Made by a program: the position numbers and the translations under genes. Below are positions 48,171 to 60,643 of a stretch of DNA of 64,000 nt, piece by piece. Position 1 is the stretch's first letter. Each line of letters begins with the position of its first letter. Under the pieces are notes generated by a model. That model did not search any database. It saw nothing but the letters and a program-made list of their open reading frames with translations, and was not told where the DNA came from. The stretch comes from Takakia lepidozioides (taxonomy: Eukaryota; Plantae; Bryophyta): NCBI GenBank assembly GCA_030704615.1, contig CM060732.1:58094001-58158000 (forward strand), given 5' to 3'.

Positions 48171-51100
48171 GACTGAAGTTTGATTGTATGCTGGTTTCTT
48201 ACATCTGATGAGAGACTTGTAGTACTTAAGGGCTAGGTGGGTAGATGCCGGAGAAGATTGGGTGTCAAGGAGTAATGTCGTCTGGAAAGGAGCTTTATAA
48301 AGTCCACATCAGGCAACCACTTCATTGGAATTTCTAGTAGTAAAAGGTAGTATCGTTTATATGAATAAGTTACGAGGGTGTGTTTCACAGCAGTTTCTAA
48401 AAGTATGTTCCTAAATTGGTGTTGAGGGTTTTAGGGGAGACTGGACAAGCTTGCGCGGGCTATCACACGGACGAAGATGAAGGAAATTTACTCTCATCTG
48501 TCTTCATCCCAGAGAAGTAGGCAAAAGGCTGCACTACTACTCATGTCATGCATAGTGTTGCGGGGGAGACTTATAGCTATTGAGGTTGCTACGTCCCTTG
48601 ATTTCACTCTTAAAGCTTTGAAAAAGCTTGCTGAGCACCCTTGGCGAGCCCCAGTTCAGAGAGATGGAGCTGAAGGTCGACAAGGGCTCCTAGCTCGGCC
48701 GTCTAGGTATGGTCTCTTAAATCTGTCTTCATGTGTTCGGGGTGGAAGGCACAACAATTTGCATGTGGATCTGCAGCAGCAAGCACTTTTTTGGGATCCA
48801 CGGAAGTAGGCGTGGGGCATGATCATTCCTACTGTTCTGGTAATGGATATTAAGAAGGCAACTTTCAGCTGGTGTTACTTTGCTATGTGGCCTTGGGTCC
48901 CTCCACTGTTCCTTATAAGCAATATTTGTTAGTGTTGTCAGTAAAGGCATTCCCTTTTCTTGTAGCTAGATCCAGCCACATGAGAGGAGTGTCTAGGAAT
49001 GTGACAGTTCTGTCTCTATGGATGGGACTATTCCAGCTGGACTTCGACTTATAGCTGTTGAGCCTCCCCTGAAGCTTCAGAAATGTCTTAAAGGTTTGTT
49101 AACATTTTACTTCTATTAGGTTTTTCTTCATCGAGTTTGCACTGTCATTTCTGGTTGTTGGTGATCCGGGGTTGCTACGGTGGATACTTTAGAAGCGTCC
49201 CCTCTATGCGGGCGTATTGCATGGTTTGGCCAAAGATGACGAAACCACAATCATCCATGTGCTTCAAATCATACGGGAGAAGGTGATGGGGAAGGCGGCC
49301 CTTGTGCCAGCAGGGCTCCAGAGTGCTGTCTTTGGCGATGTGGCTCTGGAACAGCTGGTGCGAATTGCTGGCAATGATCTGTTTGGTGATTCAGCTGACC
49401 TAGCTTACCAAATGCTGTTGTCCCTTTGTACAGATCCCTCCCATGGCTTGTGTCCTGAAAGCACTGTGGCTTGGGGGCTACCTGGGGCAAAATCTGGGGC
49501 CTTTGGTGGAGGGCAGGGTCGGTTGCTCCGGTTAATGCTGCGACTGCGGGCAACTGAAGTGGGCCGACATAGAGAGCTTTTGTTGGCCATTGCGAAAGCA
49601 AGACCAAAGCTGGCTGCTGCGTACTTGGATTCTGTCCCATTTTCGTTGGAGCCTCGATCTTCTCCTTCGTGGTGAGGACGTTGTTTTGAAGTCAGAGCCA
49701 AGTTTTTCTTTTCCCTAGATTGTTACTCTGGCTTACAGATAGAGGAGCCAATGCTGATGCTATAGATGCTAAGATAATGATGTATGTTGGTTGAACATAC
49801 ACCACATTGTGCGTGTTTGTCTCAGCAGGGCCATGTAGACATTTTTCTGCATATGACAGGAAGCAAAAACTCTGCCTGTCATTTGCACCACAGAAGCATC
49901 CAACCATAACTTTGCACCGTTGCAGACTGGCTTGCGCAATTATTGATGGCGCCAACATTTCTGCGCAGGTTTTCCGCCATGTCTCTCATTGCTGACTTGA
50001 TATGTATTGCAAGCACGCCACCTTCATTCTCTTCCATGGCCTTACAGGGTCTCCCTACCCCCACGCTTGACGGACCTCTGGTTCGAAGCAGTTTGCGGTG
50101 TCTACTGCCCCGTGCTCTCCCCAGGGTGGCCCTCAACAGGGGCCTACAGCATGCAAATTTGCTGGTCAAGCATGCTTCCTTGCGAGTGTTACTTGAGGCA
50201 CTGTTGTCGGTAGAGCGGTTTCTTAATGCTGCTATTTATGCAGCAGAGGCTCTTTCTATGCAGAACCCTGTGGGTGGCTTAGAAGTGGAAGGGATCCGCA
50301 TGCATGGCTGTGATTTGGACTTGCACAGGGTAAAACAGTGAGAAGTTCTAAATCTGTGCAGAGTGGGCAGGACTCTTGGAGAGGGAATCTGACAGGCGAG
50401 CAAGGGGGAAACAGCTGCATGGATAAAGTTCATAGTAAAGAAGCGACGGAGTTGTATAGGCAGGACTGGTTGCAACTGGCTGAGAATATCCAGGATGTAA
50501 TGCGAGCGTCTTTACCCGACCGAAATACCTTATTGATCATTCACTCGTCTTTAAGGACAACTCAAGGGGAAGCCAAGACTCTTGTCGATAGTCAGAAAAG
50601 AACTGGCAGTGCCAAGGGGTACAGGGCTGGCAAAAGGAGAAGGAAAGTGAAAGGCAATAGTGGTAGGTATGGGGGTGAATCTGAAGAGGAGGATGATCTG
50701 GATAATAGGGAAGAAGGACAGATACTTGCACAAGTGTGGGGAGCAGAAATAGTTTTAAGTCAGAACAATCAGTGGGGAGGAGACACTGGGTGTTTGCTGC
50801 ATGCAAAACTTCTTGAAGTGCTTGCTGCATATCAGGTCTGTAACACTCCAAGCACAGATGGTTACACACATCATGCAGATTTTCTCAGAGGCCTGAAGAT
50901 CACATCAGACCCTGAAATAGCCAGACATAGATACAGAAGTGTAGAAGCTCTTCCTAGACATAGAATGAGAGGGAGATGAAATGGACTATGCAGCTTTATA
51001 CGCTTGATGGTAGTCAGCAGATGATAACCCGCACCTCCCAAGCTTTTCACTATAGTTTTTCCTGTGCCTGCTGCCCGACAATTACCCCACAGCACCATAC

Positions 51101-54100
51101 AGCACAAAATGCCACCTTTAGCCACACTGTCTGCTGCCTTCCTGCCATAGCGAGTCCCAGTTTCTTGGATGTCTGTTGGTTGGCAATTTTCTGATGCTGA
51201 ATCTTTATGCTGTTTTTGTGTTTGTTGTAGAGGGTGCTGCCGTTGGCTTTTACTGACAAAGGCTTCGACCCTTTCAAAATGCTACCACCCAATCCAACTC
51301 AACTGTCTTTTGCACAGCAAAAGGCATTCTTGTCTCTGCTGTTAGCGTCCACAGGGGCTCCTGACTGTGGCCCCACTTCAGCACTGTCTGCGTTTGGCTA
51401 TGCAGACATAGCAGGGTCCGGCCCAATATACAAGCATGTGACTCCCCTTCTAAAGATGATGGTCGGTTCCGAATTTGGGGAAGTGAGAGACCAGGCCTAC
51501 TTGCTTACATCTCGAATAATGGTCAGCACAGGGGCCTTTGAAAGTAACTTTCGTGAAGTCATGGTCTGGCTGGATCTCATCCGCTGGTGGGTGGGTGTAA
51601 CTGATAACAATGACAGCCTTGTGAATGGCACCCTTACGGGTCCCCTAAAATGGATTGTGGAATTTATTTCTGAGGCAGTAGTGGCTGTGGGGAGGAATCT
51701 GTACAAGTACTTGGACCAATTGCACTCCCTTCTTGCTGCGGACACTCTGGAGGAGGGCTCCTCTGGGCAGGGTGAGTTCATCAGTAGGTGTGATAAGCTC
51801 ATGGCGCATGTTTATCTTTGCCAATGCAAAATGGAAGGGGTAGAATCATTAGTCAAGTAGGGGCATCATTCTTTCAGGGGTGGTGAGCATCCCCACGCAT
51901 GCATGCATCAGGAAATCGTGGTTATGGAATCATACTCCATCAGCCAAATTGCTCCTTCTAAGGCACTTGCCATTCAAACTTCAAGGGAGAGGAAAGCTTT
52001 CAGCTTTTTTTGTTCTTTCAGTCAATTTTATCCGGGGTTCTTTTTTATTTCCATCTGTCGTGGGACAGGCCTGCAGGCTTCTTCTTTGAGATGCAACGTA
52101 GTCCGTAAGTTAGCTATTCACATGTGAAATGAAGGCCAATTGCCAATTGCCCAAACTGTAGGCCATAACGCTGGAATTGAGGTCTGCCACCTCAAGTTGG
52201 TCATAGAGATGTGGCTGCTTCCCTTTGTGTTGTGCACATAGATGATATTTTCAACCTGTGGAGCATTCTCTCCAGAGTTTGGGCCTTTTGTAGTCTGTGT
52301 TTTGGAGCACACCCTCCAAGCGCTACACACAGATGCGAAGGGCCTGAAGCTGTCTCAAAGAGCAGAGATTTCAGTTTATGTTGCGGGTGTACTCAACCTT
52401 TTACTGCAGACACTGGTATTTCTACAACTTTGACTGCAAGTACTTGTCCGATCTAGCAGTAGATATTAGGCCCACAGGGAGATCATTACAGTGCTTTCCC
52501 AATGTACAAAGTAAGGTGTCCGTTCAAAGGTAGCTAGGAATTTGAGGTACCAGTGCTGTGCCAAAAGGTTGAGGTGGTCGCCTGCTATAGTAAAGTTAGA
52601 GAGGATTAAAGTGTTACGGTGGTAAAGACATGTTGATAGATGCATATGGTTCATATTTTCTATGTGGGTGGGCGATGACGTGGGTATTTTGCACATGCAG
52701 AACTTTGTTTGTTTTCAGGAATTTCGTGCAGTATGTAGAGTTGCTATCCAGTGTCAAAGACCTTGTTAGAGAGATTTGTTGATCCCACTTTTACCACAGG
52801 GTGTTCTATGTAAGGTTCAGTCCTTTCCCACACCTTGCAATTGGTAAGAGCCCAAGCTGATGCTAACTGGGGAGTGTCAATATGCATGCCGATGCACGAG
52901 CTCTGGCAGTCGTCATTGATGCCCTGTTGTCAGCTGATTCAGGTTTGCCCACCAGTTTGGCAGACTCTCAGTCATTTCATTGTGAGTGGGGTCCACTTCA
53001 GGTTCTCTTATTGCACGCCCACAGCATACTGAAACCCGTCAAAGATTTGTCATATTGGGAGATCTGTAAGTCAGATGCCCAAAATTGGGCCTATGCTGGG
53101 CACATAGCTGCAGTGCTTGAAGCTTGTGAGAATAGTGAAGGTGGTGCTCTGGCAGGAGAAAGGTTGGCCTTTACGTCTGCCCTCGTATGTTGCACGCCCC
53201 ATGAAATTGCGCAGAACTTTTCTAGGGTTACACGGTTGTGCTTAAAGGTTTTCAAGGGAAACTTTTCATTACTGCACGTTCTTTGTGCAGTTCACTGTGG
53301 CCTGCTGTCCATGGTGGCGGATGCAGTGCCAGAGGAGTTTGCTAGGGCAGTAGAGTTGGCTGCATTGGGCCCCCGAAATGAGCATTTAGCAGGAAAAGGG
53401 CTGACAGTAGAGTGTTTACCCGATTCCGTTTTGCTGAAGCAAAGGGAGTCGTCTCAAAACTCTTTTCCACCATCCCCAGGGGGAGATTCTTTTCCGTTGG
53501 CCGCATTTCTGAGAGGTCTTCCATTTTCAGTGGTGTTTCCAGCAGCTGCGCACAGCAATGAATGGAAGCTGTTAGCTTCCAAGCCTATGATTGCTGTTCT
53601 TGAGGCTGCATGCACTCAAGTGCCGATTTCGCATTGGTCATTCACTGGGCGTATCATTCTTACTTGGATTTATAGACTAGCTCCTTTATCTCGTAGGGGT
53701 TTGGATGTGAATGGACAGCTGGAAACATGTTTCGCACTTTTGCAGCGGATTGCATTTCCTCCTGAAGGGTGGCAAGTGGGCAGTGGAGAAGATGTAAGAC
53801 AAGGCATGGCACTTGAGAAACTTAAGGTGTACAAAGTGATGATAAGCGAGTTGCTGGCCCATCCCGTCTTCGTTGACTTTTTTATGTGTCAAAGAACACA
53901 GGCCGGCTCCTCCTTTGGTCTTGGTGTAGAAGAGAGACATTTGGAAGATAGTGGAAGAAAGAGGGAAATGAATGCATTTGATGAAGGCACTGATATTGGA
54001 ACAATGCTGGAGGTGGCTCAAGCAACAGTGCAGCCATTGGATTACCACTTAGTTACCACTCTAAGAAGAGTCCTACACATCTCTTCGTCTTTGGATGGAG

Positions 54101-57100
54101 ATGTCAAATCCATTGCAGTGGCACAGCAGTTGAACAATCTCAAAGAAACAACTGCTACTGCTTGTCAACCTTATATTGCGCGAGCAATCACTGCATTACG
54201 AATGGAGCTTCTTGGAAGTACAAATGGACAGGATCCGAGGGGTGACAGTTTATTATCTGCCCTCTTCGCTGTCTCAGAGCTAGTCCCTTATGCAGACTCT
54301 GAAGTCCTCATTGAGCTTTTGCAGTCTTTGTTTTCAAAAATGGCTGTTCCTCTCAAGCATGTTTCGCGACAAATCTCTACACCAGTATTTGCTCACCCAT
54401 CGTTTGGGCTTTATTTTGCAAAACTCTTCTATGAAGGACAGAAGGCAAAAACAGGACATTGGACATGGTCAAAGTGGAGTGGCAGTGATCTTGGTGCAGT
54501 GGAACAGCAATCATTGGTTGACATCTTCAAAACTGTCATTGAATTAGCATTGCAACAGCCTTCGGAAGCAGGAGACCTGTGCTTGCTCTCTGCCCTGCTA
54601 GCTCCCAACATGGTAGGCAAGTATTCACAGCTTGTCGGTATCACTCCTGTTGAAGTTCTCAGATATTGTGTGGTGAAACCTAGCCAAGTAACAGTAGAAA
54701 TAGCAATGCTTCTAGTGCAGGCAAGTTCAGTTCACATGGCTGAGTTTGGCAATTTGATCGTGGCTGGAACTAAAGATAGGGTGGCTGATGGTGTGAGTGG
54801 CTCGCATGTGGAATTGGCTGTTAAGTTATCAAGTGATAATCACCTGAGACACAAGATGAATGAGGCTCCTTTTTCAGATGAGGTTCTATTGCTTCTAATA
54901 CCTGCTGCCGAAGTTTACTTGTCCAAAACTCCGTTAAGACTCACCAATCATGTGGCAAGACATGTGACACTTGTTTACTTGGGTCTACTGTCAAAGCACT
55001 TCAAGCATTGGAACACGTTCATAGACACTTATAGTGGAATTGGATCGACTGACTCAACCAAACTGGAGTTCTTGAGACTGTCAGATTGCGGCATCAGCAA
55101 TGACCTTTGGGGTGATTTCTTGCGTTCAGCAAGTGGGAGAATCGTGAAACTATTGCACCATTGTCTCTCGTGGCATGCTATCAGTCTAAAGAAGCAGCAC
55201 AAGCTTATTCACCATCTGCTGCCCAAAGACGGCACGGCCCTTGCCTCGCTAGATGCACATTTCCATCATGTTTCTGAAGATGACCTGCGCTTGCAAATTT
55301 TTAAGCTGTTTAGTAAGGTTGCCATAATTAAGCAACTCTTGGTGAGCTGCCATTCTCCTCAGTTGGATGATAAGCTAGTAGAGGTGCAAACAGAAGGATC
55401 CAAGGGGACAAGTGAGTTTCCTGGAATGGAGATGAAAGCGGGGAAGAAACAGTCAGGGGCCAACATGAATTTTGCTGCTAGTCTGGTTGCTACTTTGGGA
55501 GTGCTCTTCAAACAAACCCAAGGGACCCAATTGCATAGCAAGCATCCGACTCCTGGTTATATCTCAACGATTCACAGTAATTACTGGAGTCCAAATGCTA
55601 TAAAGTTTCTGGAAGAGTATCTGCTGGCTTGTTTGACTGACATAGCGAAAGTGCTTGAAGTTCATGACCTTGATTCCCAAGCTATTCCTCTACTCCGAAT
55701 GTTTGCAATGACAGCCCTAAAATACAGGTTTGGGGATGCATCAACAATGCTGGCACTGCAAGCCCTCTCTGTGGGTCTTTCTCATGGTGCCCATGGGCTG
55801 GCATCCATTGCTGCTGTGAGTGAGGTTGCTACAAGTGTGCTAGACCTAGTGATGGCTCACTCACAGTTCGTGCCTTCTATACTTTCTTCTGGATCAGTTC
55901 AAAGACTTCACAATCTTGGGGGCCATGCTGGGAAGGATACCATATTGACGTCACTTTCCTCTCTTCTCTTGTTGGTTGGGTCTCCTCTTGTCACTCATCT
56001 GGATGGAGCCAATGGACAATTATCTCCAAAAAAGGATATGGAAGATGAGGTTGTTACCAAGTCAGTGGAAGAGGCTGAAGATGATGAACAGGATCGAATT
56101 GAGCAGAGGTGGTTTGAGCTTGTAAAGCTCGTGCGGTTGCTCTTTTGGCTAAAGATGCGCCCGGGTAGCATAGCAATGACAGCAGAAGAGAGAGCAACAT
56201 TGGAAGAGCTTATCTCCTTGCTATTGGCAGCATATGGTGCCACAATGAACAAGGTGGATCTTGAAATTTTTGAGCTGATGCATGAACTGGAGGCATACAG
56301 TGGGGCAGGTAGTGTTCTTTGTACTCAACCAACATGGGATGAAGATAGGATGTTGTTGCTGTGAGTTGGTGTAACAATAATTAGCATTCAGCAGTGCTTT
56401 CGTGATTCTAACATGCTTCTGCAGATGGAAGGGGCATCTTCTCACCAGCTAGTCATTTGTAGCTTTAAGCCTTGAGCAATGACATAGTTCAGGTCATGGG
56501 AGCAAGTGAAGCTGTCAATTTCTCAAGGATATTAAGTTGCAAGAATCTGGCAGTAATAGCTCTTTTGGTCTGTGGCGTTGACTGAACTTCTTGCTCTAAT
56601 GAAGAATACCTGTGCAGGATGTGTTGGTTTGGCGGGCAGGGATTATCTGTGGGGGGAGGCTGCACTTAAGAGGAGGAGAGCAAGAGCCGAAGAAATCAAG
56701 CTGACAAGTGATGAGGATATGGTGGCAGATGAGATGAAGGCAGAGGCTCGAAGGCGAACATTTAGGGAGGACATAGCAATAGACCCACAGAGGTTTGGGT
56801 TGTCTGTGTTGTACTTTCCGGCAAATAGACAGCCATGGGAAAGACTTGAAGAGGTTGACAGGCCATTAATGAAGGTAAGCTTGGTTTGTAGTCAAAATGA
56901 TTGTTTTCAGAGTGAACTTACATGGGATGCGAGAGACCAGAAGCATTTCAGGGGTGAGCCTTTTGGCTGCAGCAGCAGTGTAGTACAGGGCTATTTTTTA
57001 GAGTCTTGCAGCGCAGTAATGGAGCTTCATACTGGTGGCTGTAGGGTGGGAAGTTTTGGGTTATGCCACAGCTCATGAATGCTCAACTGTTAGGAGTCGA

Positions 57101-58689
57101 CAATGGAGCTCTGGTCCTTGAGCACCAAACTTATATACTCGCATACTTCATACTTTCTCTTTACACAATGTTGAATATCTCAATTCCTCATCAAGGAACT
57201 CATCTTCATTCATACTTCAACTAGAGGGAAAGACCCTTGGACCCGTGACATAAAGTCTAGACTGTAATAGGACCTTCATGAAAGGGTTTCCAGCACCAAG
57301 GTGCATTGCAGGTTTGTGACTATTTGGTCATCCGTTCTCCTTCCCTTATCTTCTGTCCTTGCCTCTATGGAATCCGTGGTTTCTATTTTTGCTCTTCTAG
57401 GGACAGCTACCCTTGACTGAATTTTTCCATTACAAAGATGTTGTGTGGCATGTTTACATGGGGCTCTCCACATGATTGTCGTGGCTAGGTTGTTGGGAAC
57501 CCCATTTTTCTGTTCTGTTTTTTCTATTCCTTGGCAGCACTCCCTTGAATGTTGAAAAGTTTCGTTCTTCGTTCTTTTTTTTCGAGTAGATCTCTTTGGT
57601 TTCTGTGGTTCTATAGTCTTTTTGGGCACTTTGGCCCTGTCCCGGTTGTGATAAATCTGTTGCTCTCCCTCCTCCAGTATAACACTTTGTCATCTCTCTA
57701 CAGGGTTTTCATCAAAAAACTGGTGATGCTGATGAGCAAGGTTTGATGGCAGCTGCCTATGACCCAGCCTACATCCTGCCATTTGCACTGCATGGACTCT
57801 CAATAGGGTGCATTGATGCTGATGCATTTGTGCACCAAGGGTTGCTTGCTGTAGCCCTGGCTTCCATCAGCTCTGCCAACGAAGTCATGCGGAAGTTGGG
57901 CTACGAAATTTTGGCCAAGTTCCTGACTGTCTTGGAGGTAAGCATATCGATAGCTTTGTTGATTTGGCTTAGGGTGCCTCATGATCTATTCAGTTAGTGG
58001 GGCTCTACCATATGGAGGGCTGTGGGGCCATGCTATTGTTCCCTTTGCTTGCAGGACCTCTGAGTGGCAAAACACCCCAGGTTGCTTTAATATTGGCCAA
58101 GCTCCGAATACCATTTCAAGTAGTTTCCATCGGAGAGTTTTCCTGACTGTTGCTCATGTGCTGACATTTTGATTAGCTTCCTAATAGATGTACTCTTGCA
58201 GGATGGCCCAAGTTTCAAAGGAAGGCCGCAGATTCGACTGCTGTTGACGTATGTTAAAAATGCAATTACAGAGGCCTGGCAGCGGCTTCCGTTTGTTCTG
58301 ACACTGTTTGCTGCAGAGGCATCATGCATTTTAATGCATCCTGAAAATGCACTCTATCTGACCATTACTCGGTACCTTCTTCGTGGGCCTGGCATGGACC
58401 TTGAGGTGTCTTTCTCTCGTTGCCTCCCTCTCTGTCTCCCACCCTCCTCTATGCTCTCTTTCCCCCCAACTTTTCTCTCCTTGATGTATGTTTTAGTTTG
58501 TGGTATATTTATCTTGTCCATGGGCCCTTGTGGCCCTCTATGGATGTTATGAAGCTTCTTTCTTTCTCTCAATACTCTATCAACAAAACTGCAATTCGAT
58601 CAGGAGCCATTCGTGGTTCTCTGTGACAATAGGATTGTGCAGCCTAATTACATATCTGCAGCTCTATCTCCTCTCTTCTAAGGGCATTC

Positions 58690-59035
58690 AGAAATGTTGA
58701 GGGTGGGCTCCCACATTCTGTGGACAGAGAATGGTAGGTGGGAAAATCTGCAATGTGAGGATTGATGACTGCTTGCGGTGGGAAATTGGAAGTGAAGAAC
58801 ATTTCTTCTCTCACTGCCCTCTATACTAAACGATCCGTGGGTTACAACTGTCTTTTCGGGGATACCGAATCTCTCATGGAGGTCTTCCAGTACAAGGATC
58901 AGAAATGCTTGGCAGCTTAAGTGCATGAAGCATTGACTCTTAGACAATCCCTTGAGCTTTAGTTGCTTGAGAGCTGTTTCTTGTTTCTTTCTTCCTCTTG
59001 TCCCATAAGCTCTTTGAGACGGTACCATTCATTTC
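58690..59035 (+). mobile_element. LINE family A 3' fragment in a URB1 intron
   Basis: GGTGGGCTCCCACA...GAAGAACATTTCTTC...TGCCCTCTATACT...GTCCCATAAGCTCT. Confidence 0.7.
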
Positions 59036-60169
59036 TTGCTTGCTTCTACTTCACATGAGCTTGAGTGTACTGAAGCTCCTGTGTGAATTCGCTGTATACT
59101 ACTGTTCACAAGTGTCCTTGAGTTGTCTTTATATACGTCTGGTTTCTTCCCTTCTTTACAGTACCTATGCAACCATCTGGGTAAGCTCAATGACTTTTTG
59201 ACGGTGTTGGGTTGCCAGTATGTTCCTCTTTTCCACTCAATGTTTGGGAGTGGGTCACCTGGCTACCGAAGTGAGCGGTTGTGGATGCTCCGCCTGCTTG
59301 CCTTTGGTTTGGCATCATCTCAGGATTTTCAGGTCTACCGACGTCAGTTCTTGCTGGAGATCCTAATGAGCTTCTATGGCTCACCTCTAGCTGATACCAT
59401 CACACGCAAATGGGTGCTGCAGGTGCGTCATTTCACAGATATTGATCCGAAAACTGGTGGACTACCAAGTTAGATGGTCAGCTAAGCTAGAGACTGGATA
59501 ATGCTGAAAGAGCAAATAGAAAGTGCCATAGGTGCCAGCTGTCTGTACATGGAGGTAGAGGTGCAAGCGAAAACTACGAACAGCTTGTCCTGAATTGCCA
59601 ATGAACATAATGGAGAACTCTACTGCTTGAGTACAATGCAGTGGCTTGCATGGGTTCATGGATGTCTGTTCTTCAGAATGTAAAATTACTGTGGCTTCCA
59701 AAAAGTGCTGTTTCTAAATCTCTTACGTTTTTTTGACAGGTCCTGAGGAAAGCGGCAAGGATAGGGTGGTGTGCTCAGGCTCTGGTTGAGCGTGCAGGCT
59801 TCCTGCCATGGCTTTCTTTTGCAGCTGTTAATGCTGGAGAAGCTGATACTGGGGTGAAAGATGGAAGCAAAGCTTGTGACATGGCGGCTATGGTGCTAGA
59901 GGTAATTAGCTGTTTTTGAGAATAGCAAACTTCCCCCATGGCCGTTGGTTATGAATTCATCACAAGACTTTACCACAGTTAAGCTGTCCTAACCCATCGA
60001 AATTAAGGTCCATGCAATTCTTGGAGTAATTATTATGAGTACTGCAGCAATTTAATGCAGGAATTTATAAATGTCTCTGTGTGATAACGAGAGTTGCTGT
60101 TACCCAGGTGGTGGGAGGCCCTGTACTAGTCTCATTACTGCTGCACTCATTTCTATCAAGAAACATTCT

Positions 60170-60643
60170 TGGTTCTCCAAGATGATAGAATCTTGCGGCC
60201 CAATTACCTTTCAGCATCTTTATCTCCTTTTCTCCTGAGGGCATTGGAGCGGTTCAGGGTGGGCTCCCACAACCTACGGATAGAGACTGGCAGATGGGAA
60301 AACCTGCAGCGGGAGGACCGCCTACTTCTTGCACAGGGCGCAACCAGGAAATTGAAATTGAAGAACACTTCTTCTATTGCCCTCTATACTATGAGATCCG
60401 TGGGAGATTCCACTGTCTATTCCATGGAACCCAATCGCTCACTGAAGTCTTCCACTATGAAGATCAGACATGCTTGGCAGCTTACCTGCAGGAGGCACTC
60501 ACCCTTAGACAATCACTTGAGCAATAGTTTTTATCTTTGGCTCTGGTTTTGTTTCCTCTCTCATCTTTTCTTCCATTTTGTCCCATAAGCTCTATGAGTT
60601 TTCCGCGGACGTTATAAAGCACCATTTCATTTCATTTCATTTC
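60170..60643 (+). mobile_element. 5'-truncated LINE family A (L2/RTE-X-like) with an (ATTTC)n tail
   Basis: FRVGSHNLRIETGRWENL..EDR, EEHFFYCPLYYEIR, and a 3' UTR ending ACCATTTCATTTCATTTCATTTC. Confidence 0.8.

Noticed and set aside
57088-57250. Short TG...CA LTR-like piece in a URB1 intron
   Set aside because: No TSD and no second copy in the window.
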